NCBI GenBank assembly: GCA_013239625.1 | Contig: MU056050.1 | Location: 738,504-785,554 of the forward strand | Length of the DNA stretch: 47,051 nt | Reading direction: 5' to 3' | Origin: Lama guanicoe | Taxonomy: Eukaryota | Shown here: positions 1 to 12,094 of the stretch, piece after piece | Numbering within the stretch: position 1 is the first letter of the stretch | Layout: each line of letters starts with the position of its first letter | Made by a program: the position numbers and the translations under genes | The notes under the pieces: generated by a model | What the model was told of the DNA's origin: nothing | Database searches by the model: none | The model's input: only the letters and a program-made list of their open reading frames with translations

Positions 1-284
1 TGGCTTTACAAGCCTGTAAATGGAGAAAAAATATGTCACTGTATAATATACTATTGAATCATGGGTTTGGTGCTAGGTGTTGGCTAAGTCATTATCTGTA
101 TAAAGAAGAGGAGGTAGGAGGGTGGCATATAGAATCCTATTCGGATCCTATAGAGGAAGAGAAGGAATTTCTCAGGAGAGATGCTAGGGATTGTGCCTAT
201 TGTACAGAATTCAGTAACCTGGGTTATGCTGTCCCTGTCTGGCTAACCCTCTTCTTCCAAAAAAAAAAAAGATGACAATTGATA

Positions 285-465
285 CCACATAGGTTTACAG
301 TGCTTTGTATGCATTATTTCACCATCACAACAACTGTAGGTAGATAGGTAGATTGTACTGTCCAAATTGTACAGATGAGGAACCTAAGTCTCAATGAGGT
401 GAAATGACTTTCCCAAGGTCCTACAGCTAGTATCTGAACCAGAATGTGAACTCAGGCAGCCCTCT
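285..465 (-). mobile_element. MIR SINE
   Basis: Reverse MIR core 'acagatgaggaacctaagtctcaatgaggtgaaatgactttcccaaggtcctacagctagt'. Confidence 0.85.
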
Positions 466-634
466 TCTCATTCCTGCTCCCTTCCCCTTTATCTACATTG
501 CTTATACTGTCCTCTGTTCAGCCTGAATATCTAGTGATCATCTTGTGGAATCATTTGTGAAATAGTTTTGAAGAGAGTTAATACTGCTGGGTTAGATAAA
601 TAAACAACAGTAGACTGATCAGCTGATTAAGTAA

Positions 635-1050
635 TTACATATTCACTGAATGCTTACTGCACTGGGGATATAGTGTTACAAGAACACCAGAATAACCCTT
701 GCCTTCTTGAAACATAGAATCTAATTGCTGGCACTGTCCACAATGAGAGTCACTAGCTATGTGTAGCAATTCAAATGTATTCAGTTTTAAATAATTCAAA
801 GTTAAAAACTCAGTGTCTCAGTTACACTAACTCAATTTCAAGTGCTCAGTAGCCACTTGTAGCTAGTGACCACTGTACTGAACAGCACAAATGTGGAACA
901 TTTCCATTATCACAGACAGTTCTACTGGGCAGTACTTAGATAATTACAGTTGTCTTGGGTGACAAAGAAGACAAGATGTTTAAGAATTATTATTTAATAA
1001 GTGATCTAGTCTGGGAGGCTTTCCTGGGAAAGTGATATTTGAGCTGCGCT
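635..1050 (-). mobile_element. L2 LINE 3' fragment interrupted by MER3
   Basis: 'attcactgaatgcttactgcactggggatatagtg...cccttgcc' resumes after MER3 as 'gggaggctttcctgggaaagtgatatttgagctg'. Confidence 0.65.
730..936 (-). mobile_element. MER3 (hAT-Charlie MITE)
   Basis: 'tttcaagtgctcagtagccacttgtagctagtgaccactgtactgaacagcaca...gaacatttccattatcacagacagttctactgggcag' matches the reverse complement of the MER3 consensus. Confidence 0.85.
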
Positions 1051-1664
1051 TTTAGTCTGAAATAACTAAGCCAATATTCACAGAGAGGACCTTTCCACAG
1101 ACTCCCTGCTGTGACAGAAAGTAACCCTCAGGGAATGACAACAGTGAGGTGGATTTGTTCAACTTGTCCAGGGTGTAAAGGCACCTACCTTCTGCCTTCA
1201 GTGGACCCAACCTTGGCCAAGCAAGAGAGAACAGACTAGAGGAAGGTACAGAACTATCTGAGATCTCTGCCTGTTTAAGTCAGGATGGTAGAACCTGGGG
1301 CCGTGAATTAATACAAGTGAAGACCTGCATTCCTTTTTGCTGCTTTGTAAAATAGTTATGTAACTTTCTTTGAAATATTTTGAGGAGATCTAAGCCTGGC
1401 TGTCAATATTAAGTCTGATAGAAGAATGATATGATTCAGGGTACCCTGAGCAGGGGAGGTGTTTGTGCTTGGGTGCATGTGCTGTGTTAGGAACTACATG
1501 CTCCGTGAACCTCTCCAGCCTGCACTGGAGAAGTGGAGATTACTCAGATGACCACCCATCTACAGGCAGGAAGTTGAGTTCAGGTTCACAAGCTAGCTAA
1601 GATGCCACTTTATGGCATTTGCTGTATATTCAGATTAATTAGAACGGAATGGGGTCACAGTTGT

Positions 1665-1762
1665 TCTGTCTCTCTCCCTCTCCATCATCATCTGTCTCTA
1701 TCTCATCATTTATGTCTGTCATCTGTCTCTATCACCTATCATCATGATCTATTATATATCTG
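1665..1762. repeat. Degenerate (TCTA/TCA)n low-complexity repeat
   Basis: Repeated tctatc/atcatc/tctgtc units. Confidence 0.7.
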
Positions 1763-2957
1763 TTCTCCAGAGGTCCTAGGCAAAATTTTCAGTGCTGTGC
1801 ACATCTTGAACCACTCCTTTCTGTGTGTTCTATTCAGGCTCAGATTTCTTCTCTGGGCAGGACACCATGGAACAAGGTGTGGAAGGGCCAGGCTGTTCTC
1901 TGTTGTCAATATCACGAGCGAGTAATAGTTTGTTTACTTTGCAGAGAGAGAAGGCAAAGTCTCCAAAAGATGCATTTTACTTGACAGGTAACAGTATCAC
2001 CACAACTGGTCAGGTCAGTAAAAACCACCAATAAAAACTACCTATTGGTATCACTGAAATGGGCAAAAAATCAGGTTGATTCTATGAACTTCTCGACTCT
2101 CAGACAACTATATTAGTGTTATGTGGATGTCACAGTACTGGGAATTGGAGTGGCTCAGTTCTCCAAATGCTTCCCAGTTTTAAAAAACCCAGAAACAACT
2201 ATGTCAGCCTCTGCACATCTGCCTGCTGTTTGTCTCACTTGCCTATTGAAGTTCTTTTTTTTTTTTTAATACATTCCATTGCTACTATTTTTTTTAGGGG
2301 GTGCTGTTTCTGGGGCTGATAGTCTCTTTAAAAAGCACTACTTCTCCCTCTTTGATAGAGCATCCTGCTTGCAGCTGCCCCTCAGAGACCTTGACTCACT
2401 GAATATGGCTGGAATCCAGGTCCTGTCTCTCTCAGTTTTTGTTGCATATTTTGAGCTTTGTCAGAGCCATTCTGTATTTGATTTATCTTCTGCCAGGATG
2501 GTGGCTCCATAGTCAATCTGTGTGCCAAGTGCTTCTGAGGCAGCCTTTTCAAACTAGATAATTTAATTTCTCCATTTTCAGAAAGCAAAGTGCAAGCCAC
2601 CTTATTAACTGGAAATGTGCTTATTTGGTACTGTGTGGGGGCTGACATTATCTCCCTGAATCTTAGGAAGCTCATCTTGTTCCTGAGGTTTAATTCTCCT
2701 TTTAAAAAATCTCTGCAATGCTCCCACCCCCACCTCCACACATAGCCTCAGACGCAGACATACATACATACTTCCAACTTTTCAAGTCCTGTCAGTACTT
2801 TGAGGCTCAGTTTGTCACAGCCTCTCCATGTATTCTTCCCCAATAAGGGAACCTGCATTGTTTTTCCTCCTCTCCTACAGCACCTATTGTCTGCAACATA
2901 CAATTTAACATGTGCTTATTATGCTGTCTCATATTATGCATTGAACTTTAGGCTGCA

Positions 2958-3272
2958 CGCAGTGGTGGTGAGCCATCGTAGACATTTATATGGAGTAGTT
3001 ACATGATCTGATTAGTGATTGAAAAAGATTGCTATGATATATGGCATGGAGGCTGATTAGGAGGTTGAGATAATGAGGGACTGATGGAGTGAGTACCATG
3101 GCAATAGGAACTGAGAGGAAGCAACAGATTTTAGAGGTGTTAGGGAGCAAAACTGATAGGACTTAAGTGTTCGATTGGATGAGAAGGACCAGAGACAGGG
3201 AAGAGAAGTCTAGAATGATTGTCAGGTTTCTGATTTGGACTGTTGGATGGGTAGTAGTGCCACTCACTTAGA
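2958..3272 (-). mobile_element. L2 LINE fragment
   Basis: Purine-rich reverse L2 body: 'acatgatctgattagtg...gaatgattgtcaggtttctgatttggactgttggatgggtagtagtgccactcact'. Confidence 0.75.
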
Positions 3273-3597
3273 AAACGGAAGTAAGCTTATTCCCTCATGA
3301 GTCTCCTCCCCTCCCCTCTGCAGTCCACAGTGGGCGCTCAAAAACGCATGATATTTATTTATTTTGATTCTATTGAGAGAGAGGAGAAAGTCTTGCCTCC
3401 TCTTTGTATCCTGTTTTTGCTTATGTAACATACTTCCTGCAGTGAGAGGGATCTTAGTTTCATGGCCTCTTTGTTGCTGCGACTTTGGCTCTTCTCTCTG
3501 CTGCTGTGATCTATTTTTGCATTTCTGTTGTCTCTGCTGCAGGTTCTGAACTCACTGCTCAGCTTGCCTTTCTTGTTAGTGCTGCATACCTCTGATT

Positions 3598-3810
3598 TAA
3601 TAATAGTAATAACTTACATTTGAACAGTGATTTGGAGTTTAGAAGGTATGTTCAGATATACTTTCTCTCTTAATCCCTATTACTGTGTGTAAAGTGGACA
3701 GTGAAATAGGTTTAATTGTCTGTTTCACAGATGAAGGAGTTTAAGCAGTGGTGATGTGACCTGTCAAACATCACAGATCTAGTAAGTGGCATAACTGGGA
3801 CTCTGCCTCC
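3598..3810 (-). mobile_element. MIR SINE
   Basis: 'aataatagtaataacttacatttgaacag...tttcacagatgaagg...cacagatctagtaagtggc'. Confidence 0.75.
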
Positions 3811-4589
3811 CCATCTGTTGTACGTGAATTGTACAATTTGATTCTTGCCTTGCTTTCTGGTACCCCTGTGCTTCCAGACTCCTCATGGCCTGTCTGATCT
3901 CTACCCTCGGCTGTGTTCTGACCCCCGTTGTTTATTTGTATCTGAAGTTTTCTGTGACCTCCTGCTTTGAGTTTACCTCCCTTGCTCAGCCTTATACCTT
4001 GACCTGTATGTCCATCTCTTGTTTTGGCTTTCCCGGTCCAGGCATCTTGCCCTGTCTCTGAAATCCTTGTGCCCACAGTCCTGGCAGTCACACAGCAGGA
4101 CTTGCAGATGGATTTGTGGCGCTAGAACTTCTCTTCCCAAGAACGTAGAGGAACACCCACTTTCAGTCTGTTGGAAGGAAACCTGACCTGAGGGAAATAC
4201 TGGTCTTTGGATTATATTACTTGCAAATGTTTAACTGGTGAATACGAGCAGTGAAGGAAGACATAACGAGTGAGGCAGCTTTCCCAGCCCACATCCTGCC
4301 TCGTCTCCAACACAGATCTCATTTAAGGTGCTCAATGGTATACACTGCCTGAGCCTCAGTCTCCCTGTGAGTATGTGAATTTTTTGATTCAAATGTTTGG
4401 TACTGAGCATTTTGGACCATTTTTCATTAATATGGTAGCAACAAACAGCTTTCAGGATCATATAAATTGTTGTTAGGTACCTTCTTCTCAGCACTGAAAT
4501 GGAAATGGTTTAATGGGTTGCCCTTTGTGCATGAGTCTGTGGACTCAGTGGGAGTCTGGGTTGCCTAAGCTTCCTTAGGATTTCAGCGT

Positions 4590-4915
4590 TTCATAGTTGA
4601 GCAGCAAGCACTTGTGAAACACCTCCTGTGTTACAGGGGTGTTATAAACAGGCTCCTTGCTCTTGAGCCTACCATCTAGTTGGGAAGAGAAGTCTTACAT
4701 TTTTCCACCCTAACTGAGCAGCGCACAACACAATTACAAATCTATGCTAACAGGATTGGGACAGAAAACAAAATTATGGGCCAGACTATTAAAGAAGCTT
4801 CCTAGGAGAGATGACATTTGAACTGATCCTTAGAGAATGGGTGAGGTTCTGATTGCAGAGTGTGTGTGAGTCAGTGATAGTGCTGATATTCTGGGATGGC
4901 AGAATGGCATGATAG
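4590..4915 (-). mobile_element. L2 LINE 3' fragment
   Basis: 'aagcacttgtgaaacacctcctgtgt...gaagcttcctaggagagatgacatttgaactgatcctt'. Confidence 0.7.
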
Positions 4916-6504
4916 AAACCTCATATTTAATTCTTTCTCAAAGAGTATTTCTCTGCATCTTAGGTGACAAGTTCAGTAGAGGGCCTGTCAAAGATTTTTT
5001 TTTTTAATGATGCCAAATCTTACACTCTGAGTTCCCTAATTCTATGGTTTGGTTCTTTTGCAATATGATTTTACACTCTGGTATGAACTTAACCCAGGAG
5101 ACTCCTTTCCCAAGTCAGGTTTCCACTCCAGGTGAAAACTGAGTTTGTGCTTTTGAGATAATTGTTCTAAGAAGGCAGTGCTGCTAACATACAGGCTAGA
5201 ATAGAAAAGTTAACTTTGTGTAACTCTGAGATGCAATTTTCCCTGTTCTTCCTTGGCAAAGATGATGCTGTGACTGGGGAGTCTTCTCAGAGTGGCAGAT
5301 CTGTGTGGGCAGAAGCCCCAGTTTGATCATGAGGGGGCGGGAGATGGAAATTTCTTTCTCTTCTCTATCATGGGTTCTGATGCAGGCAACTGTATGCTCT
5401 GGGAGCTATTGTTGGGGGCATGATCTATGCCTTGCTTCTGGAACATTATGGAGTAAACAGCCCACATCCATGTTTGAAAAAGCATGTTTTTTCAAGTGGG
5501 GCAGAGGGCAAGATGTGCTAAGCAGAGGAAATAATAATCTGTTGGATAGGACAGATTTGTCGGAGCTGTGGCCTACAGAAATGATGTATCTAATATCAAA
5601 TCCAATTGCCTCACCCAGTGTTGCACTTTAACAAAGATTTTCCTAAATGATAGGGTGGATTGAGGTAAGATATCCCAAATTAGGAGCAGATAGGTCTAGT
5701 TTATTGGCAGTATTCTAGTTCTTAAATAGTGGACTCATGAGCTTATATTACTGAAATAGTGAATTAATAAGTAAATAAAAGGGTACCAGGCATGGAACAT
5801 CATGATAGTGTGTTGTGATTGAGGACTCATTTTTGTGCCTCCAAGATACTCCAAACAAATGAACCACAAAAAAGTGCAATTAAGCAATAAGTACGTTTTT
5901 GTAGATTTCCACTAGGTGGTTTTCTGGTGGAAAAAATTGTGGAACTATTCTCCACATATTTTACTTCAGCTTTGAAAAAAGTCCATTAACAGCTACTAAA
6001 AAAAATAGTAACTACTAAAAATATTAACTACAGTGAAATGAGTTATGTAAAGTATACACTTCTGTCTGATTGGATAGTGGATAAAACAGACACAGTAACA
6101 GGCAGGCAATGTAGGTGCTCTCAGAACCCTACTGGACCACTCTTTGTAAAAGAATGGCTGGCTGTGTAAAAAGCAGCAGTGCATTAAGTACTTAAGTGCC
6201 CAAAGCTGCTCTGTATATGTTAAAATTGTTTTAGGTTCTGAAAACTTTTTCTGCTATGTAGATAGGCACCAAAAAGTTAACCCAAACATTTGATTTAGGG
6301 TAGAAATAATATAACTGCATTCCAGGTTTTTGTCTGAGAATATAACTGCAACCTTTTTGTGAAAGCTTAATGGTATGACCATATATAAAGGGAGGATTGT
6401 TTGAAAGATATGAAGTTCTTTAGGATCAGTCAGTCCTAAAAATTTAGGAGATCCACTATCATTAGCATCAGTTGAGAGTTTGGGAAAAATGGGGACTCTC
6501 TGCA

Positions 6505-6595
6505 CCTAGTCCAGACCCGTTGTATCAACCTGCATTTTAACAGGATTCCCTAGATGTTTTGTATATACAGTAACGGTTGAGAAGCAGTAGTTTAG
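6505..6595. mobile_element. MER5A-like hAT fragment
   Basis: 'aacctgcattttaacaggattccctagatg...ggttgagaagcagtagtttaga' resembles a MER5A end. Confidence 0.6.
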
Positions 6596-6889
6596 AGTGG
6601 AGATCCTTACCTCAAGCTCAAAAGGGGCTGGCCCTTCAGGAAGTCTGTACACTCATTGAAATTCTATGCAAAATGTTGAGTTTCTGTGTATAAATATTTT
6701 TCTGGGTTATGCTGTATATCTTACTCCTGGATCAGGCCAGATCATTGGGAAAGCTGTGTACTTTGTTCCCAAATTTTGGCTAATGGTTTCATGTATCATG
6801 CTTTCGTTTTGTGTCTCGTTTCACTATGAAAAGCAGCTTTTGAAGTTGATTGCATTCACTGCTAGATGCTACTGAGAATATTAGGTACT

Positions 6890-7045
6890 ACACAGGTGAT
6901 TCTAAGGCTTGATTGTACAAAGGAATCATCTATACTGGAGTTTATAAATTACTGATCTGAGGTACTGCCTGGGAATATGTATTGTTAACAAGCACTCATG
7001 GTGATTTTGATGAAACAAGTCCATGGAATTGTAGTTTGGGAAGTT
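6890..7045. mobile_element. MER5-family hAT fragment
   Basis: 'cctgggaatatgtattgttaacaagcactcatggtgattttgatg...gtttgggaag'. Confidence 0.5.
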
Positions 7046-7147
7046 TACTACACTATCTAGTGTCTCTTTATTAAAATGTAGAGGGATTATTTTTTTCTTC
7101 TACCATTAGTATCAGGGAAAATCTTTATTTCATCTAGGTAACTTATT

Positions 7148-7230
7148 CAGTTGTTATATGGATAACCTAGGTTATATCTTAACACGTATCCCTCGTTAAC
7201 TTGTAAAAACCACATTTGTGACCTACTTTT
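7148..7230 (+). repeat. Direct repeat copy A (~83 bp), paired with 9144-9225
   Basis: cagttgttatatggataa...gtatccctcgttaactt...catttgtgacctactttt aligns with copy B at roughly 80% by eye. Confidence 0.85.
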
Positions 7231-9092
7231 AAAAATTGAACTATAGTTGATTTACAATATTGTGTTTGCTTCAGATATATGTATCTTTTTCAGATTCTTT
7301 TCCGTGATAACTTAAAATACTGAATATAGTTCCCTATGCTCTACAGTAAATCCTTGTTTATTTTGTACATAGTGGTGTGTATCTGTTAATTCGATACTGC
7401 TAATTTATCCCTTCCCCCACCTTCTGCCTTTGGTAAACATAAGTTTGTTTTCTATGTCTGTGAGCCTGTTTCTGTTTTGTAAATAAGTTCATTTATATTA
7501 TTTTTTTAGATTCCACATATAAGTCATATATATTATTTGTCTTTGACTCACTTCACTTAGTATGATAATCTCTAGGTCCAGCCATGTTGCTGCAAATGAC
7601 AATATTTCATTCTTTTTTATGGCTGATACTCCATTGTGTGTATAAATATCTGTGTGTGTGTACCACATTTTCTGATCCATTTATCTGTTGATGGACACTT
7701 AGGTTGTTCCCATGTTTTGGTTATTGTCAGTAGTGCTGCTGTGAACATTGGGGTGCATGGATCTTTTCAAATTAGACTTTTCGTCTTTTCTGGGTATATG
7801 CCCAGAAGGAACCTCCATACTGTTTTCCATAGTGGCTACACTGGTTTACATTCCCACTAACAGTGTAGAAGGGTTCCCTTTTCTCTGCACCTTCTCCAGC
7901 ATTGATTATTTGTAGACTTCTTGATGATGGCTATTCTGACTAATATGAGGTGATACCTCATTGTTTTGATTTGCATTTTTCTGATAATTAACTATGTAGG
8001 GCATCTTTTCATGTGTCTGTTGGCCACCTGTATGTCTTCTTTGGAGAAATACCTATTTAGGTCTTCTGCCCATGTTTTGATTGGGCTATTTTTTGTTGAT
8101 ACTGAGTTGTATGAGCTGTTTGTATATTTTGGAAATTAATCCATTGTCAGTCACATCATTTGCAAATATTTCATCCCAGTACATAAGTAGTCTTTCGTTT
8201 TGTTTATGGTTTTCTTCGCTTATGCAAAAGCTTCTAAGTTTGATTAGGTAGGTCCCATTTGTTTATTTTTGCTTTTCTTTTGCCTTGGGAAACTGATCTA
8301 AGAAAATACCATGATCTCTTCTGAGGAGTTTTATGGTGTCACATCATATTTAAGTTTTTAAGCCATTTTGAGTTTATTTTTGTGTGTGGTGTGAGGGAGT
8401 GTTCTAACTTAGTGATTTACATGTGGCTGTCCAGCTTTCCCAACACCACTTGCTGAAGAGACTCTTTTCTCCATTCTGTATTCTTGCTTCCTTTGTTGAA
8501 GATTAATTGGCCTTAGGTGTATGGGCTTATTTCTGGTTTCTCTGTCCTGTTGCATTGATCCATATGTCTGGTTTTGTGCCAGTACCTTGCTGTTTTGGTT
8601 ACTCTACTTTTATAGTATTGTCTGAAGTCTGGGAGGGTTATGCCTTCAGCTTGGTTCTTTTCCCTTAGGATTACTTTCGAAATTCTAGGTCTTTTGTGGT
8701 TCCATATAAATTTTAGGATTATTTGTTCTAGTTCTGTGAAAAATGTCCTGGGTAATTTGATAGGGATCACGTTAAATCTGTAGATTGCTTTGGGTAGTAT
8801 GGCCTTAGTTTTTCCAATCCAAGAGCATGGGATGTCTTTCCATTTCTTTGAATCATCTTTGATTTCCTTTATCAATGTTTTGTAGTTCTTAGCATACAGG
8901 TCTTTTACCATCTTGGTTAGGTTTATTCCTAGGTTTTTTTTTTTCCTTTGACACGATTTTAAATGGGATTCTTTTTTTACTTTCTCTTTCTGATATTTCA
9001 TTGTTAGCATAAAGAAATGCAACAGATTTCTTTGTATTAATCTTAAATTCTGATACCTTGCTGAATTCATTTTTTAGTTCTAATAGATTTTT
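7227..9092 (-). mobile_element. 5'-truncated L1 (3' UTR plus C-terminal ORF2), artiodactyl/camelid type
   Basis: 3' end 'aattgaactatagttgatttacaatattgtg'; ORF 8513-9070 '[41 protein letters not shown]...[15 protein letters not shown]' and ORF 7498-7680 'KKNEILSFAATWLDLEIIILSEVSQ' are L1 ORF2p. Confidence 0.97.
8513..9070 (-). pseudogene. L1 ORF2p remnant (post-RT region), non-functional
   Basis: Translation matches L1 ORF2p motifs; the element is 5'-truncated and has small deletions. Confidence 0.9.
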
Positions 9093-9143
9093 ATCACCTT
9101 TAATTCCATAGAAAGCTAATATTTCTTCTGATTAACTGTTACG

Positions 9144-9225
9144 CAGTTGTCATATGGATAATATAAGTTTATATCTTTACGTGTATCCCTCATTAACTTA
9201 AAAAAATCATTTGTGACCTGCTTTT
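9144..9225 (+). repeat. Direct repeat copy B, paired with 7148-7230
   Basis: cagttgtcatatggataa...gtatccctcattaactt...catttgtgacctgctttt. Confidence 0.85.
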
Positions 9226-9614
9226 GACAATTCTCTAGAAACTTCTGTTACACATTTTTGTGTTTGTAAAAGTTTTCTGTTACCTTTGCCTTCATTTTAC
9301 TTAGTGTTTTTTCGCTTCACTTTAATATTTTGACTTACTTTACCCCAGTTATCTATATTTTTGATTTGTTCAACTTCTTTTGGAATGAAGTATGCTATAA
9401 ACAGAATATAAACAAATACTTACATAATTTATTTATTGGACCTATGTAAAACTATTCACTGTTAATTTTTTTTTCCTTTGGAAGAAGGGCAGTGGACTTT
9501 CTGTAAAGTAATGTGTTTGTTTTTTCTCTTATACTGGTTTGATTTTGAAAGCTATCTTAGGTTCTGTAAATTCACTTGATACTAGAACAGATTAATTTTG
9601 AAATAGTGGCCCAC

Positions 9615-10312
9615 AAATGCAAATCAAAACCACAATGAAGTATAACCACACTTAATATGATGCTATGAAAAAGAAATCGGATTATAACAAATATTGGAGA
9701 GGATGTGGAAAAATTAGAACACTCATGCATTGCTGTTGGAAATTAAAAAAAAAATGATGCAGCTGCTCTGGAAAATAGTTTGGCAGTTTCTCAAAAAGTT
9801 AAACATAGTTACCATATGACCAAACAATTCCACTACTAGGTATATACCTAAGAGAAATGAAAACATGTGTCAGATAAAAATTATACATTCATATTCATAG
9901 CAGCATTATTCATAATAGCCAATAGGTGGAAGTTACTTAAGTGTCTATTGACTGGTTATTGGATAAACAATGTACATTCATTTAACAGTATATAAAAAGA
10001 ATGAATTATTGATACGTGCTGCAGCATGGATCAACTTTGAAAATATGACAAGTTAAACCAGACACAAAAGGCCACATATTATATGATTCTGTTTATATAA
10101 AATACGCAGAATAGGTAAATGTGTGGAGTCATAAAGTAGATAAGTGTTTGCCAGGACCTCAGGCTTCTTTTGAGGATGATAAAAATATTTTGTAATCAGA
10201 TAGTGGTGATGTATGGACAACTCTGTGTAATTAGTAAAAAACCATTAAACTGTGCACTGTAAAAGGATAATTATATGGTATGTGAATTGCATCTCAATAA
10301 AGTTGTTTAAAA
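9615..10312 (+). mobile_element. Old L1 (L1MB-like) 3' end
   Basis: 'aaatgcaaatcaaaaccacaatga...ccatatgaccaaacaattccactactaggtatatacc...tgtgaattgcatctcaataaagttgtttaaaa'; degenerate TSD aaatagtggcccac/aaatagtagtcaac. Confidence 0.93.
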
Positions 10313-10799
10313 AATAGTAGTCAACAGCCTTTTCACTATAAGGCATACCCTTTATTGTTACCCATTATTATGCATGTCTTCTTTCCCCTATGGTTATGGT
10401 GTGAGCCTTTTTTTTTCATATCATAAATGGCAGTTATAAACTCATTAATTGGTGTTCTCATTTTTATTAATCCAAGGCATAGGTATTGTCAGTAAGAATT
10501 TCTGTCTACCATTAGTGTTTTCAAACTGAGCTGATATGATTGCTGTTGAAGATAAAAACTTCATGTTTTTGCAAATTTGGTTAGTCTTTTTGTGGGGAAA
10601 ATTACATATTAGGTAGTTGGAAGTAGTAAAAGAGATCAGATTTTTTTTTTTTTAACTACTGTTATGGACCCCTGGGTGTTAGGAGCTCTTAGCTGTGGGT
10701 CACTGCCTTAAAACAACTATTCTAAATTCAGGGGATAATTTGCATTTTAAAATCCAATAGTAGGCTAGGCATTAGGACATTTCTCTTCTGGATACAATT

Positions 10800-10930
10800 G
10801 TGCCAGTAATGAATTTTATGACCTTGTTCAAGATAAATATGTTTTTGTTGGCCTCTATTTTTCATCTTTAAAATGGGCACAGTTAAGTCCTTTTCACCTT
10901 ACAGGATTATTATGAGAATCACATGATAAA
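10800..10930 (+). mobile_element. MIR SINE
   Basis: 'tgaccttgttcaag...gcctctatttttcatctttaaaatggg...aggattattatgagaatc'. Confidence 0.7.
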
Positions 10931-10934
10931 CATT

Positions 10935-11155
10935 GGCTGTGTGCTTGGACACTTTTCATAGACACATATGTATTACTCATTTAATTCTCAAAACAACCCT
11001 ATGAGGTAGGTACTGGTTTTGACTAGTTTAGAAATGAGGAAATTAAGCCCAGCGAGGTTCGATAATTCATTTAAGATTAGATATCTGAAATGGAACTTAA
11101 ACTTGACCTTTTTAACTTCAGAGCCCAAATTTGTAACCATTAAGTCTATACTACT
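10935..11155 (-). mobile_element. MIR SINE
   Basis: 'ctcatttaattctcaaaacaaccctatgaggtaggtact...aatgaggaaattaagcccag'. Confidence 0.85.
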
Positions 11156-11174
11156 TAGTATGGGCCATGTGTTG

Positions 11175-11562
11175 CCGGGACAAACAACTCTGAATCTTAT
11201 GGCTTAAAATGACAAATACAACATTTCTTGTTTTTGTTACCTGTTTTTGGTTTCTTAACGGTCTGATCCATGTCGTCATCATTGCAGGACCCAGGTTGAC
11301 AGAATAACTGCCATCTCTAGCATTGCTGGTCACTGTAACAAAGGTAAAGGGTGTGTGATGCATTATGCACTGGCCCTTAAAGCATCCACCCAGAAGTGAC
11401 ACATGTCACTTCCACTCATTCATTGTTGACTAAAGCTAGTCACATGGTCGTACCTAATGTGTGTGTGTGTGTCTGTGTAGGGAAAGCAGTCTCATTATAT
11501 GCTGGAAGGGTGGAAAGGAGGGGAAATGTAAATATTTGGTGAGCAGCACTAACGACTACCAC
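11175..11562 (-). mobile_element. MaLR solo LTR (MLT1K/J-like)
   Basis: 'cagaagtgacacatgtcacttccactcattcattgttgactaaagctagtcacatgg'; ends 'aaatatttggtgagcagcactaacgactaccaca' (LTR start TGTGGTAG). Confidence 0.85.
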
Positions 11563-12094
11563 ATTTTCAAATGTATTTATTGATATAAAACTGTTGCTAT
11601 GACTGAATACTGTTCTTATTTAAGAAGCAGGGAGGAGGGTTTATGTTTACATTTTTTGGAACAGTCAATTTTATAAGTCATACTATAAAGCCTGCTTAGA
11701 TGCTGCAATTAAAAATAAAATAATAAAATATAAATAAATGAATAAGTTAGAATCTGAGCTGTTTAAGCTAGCATATTTTTATATAGCTTTCTTCTCATAA
11801 AAGGATATGGTTTTTACCTTCCTGAGATATATTAGAAGAAAAAAAATGACAGTGGAAGGAATGAAAGCACAACAAATGGGTTATATATTAATTGGAACAG
11901 ATGCTGTAAACATTTAAAGAGGTTTGCTATGCCTTTTGGGCCTGGCTGATTTGAGGGAAATTTAATGCATGTGATTGTCACAGTGGCTAACATAGCCATT
12001 TATAATTTTCAGTGTTCCTACAAAATTAAGTGAAGTACTGCACATGAATTTTCTGTAAATTGTGAACACTTTTTGCAAGTATATTATAGTTGTT

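Noticed and set aside
128..151. Small hairpin tatagaatcc/ggatcctata
   Set aside because: Imperfect 10-bp stem that is expected by chance.
1602..1925. His/Ser-rich ORF
   Set aside because: The composition comes from the degenerate TCA/TCTA repeat.
5640..5830. Possible old L1MC 3' UTR fragment
   Set aside because: The resemblance is too weak to call without an alignment.
8513..9070. Longest ORF (185 aa) as a functional gene
   Set aside because: It is a piece of L1 ORF2 in a truncated element with a frameshifted N-terminus and small deletions.
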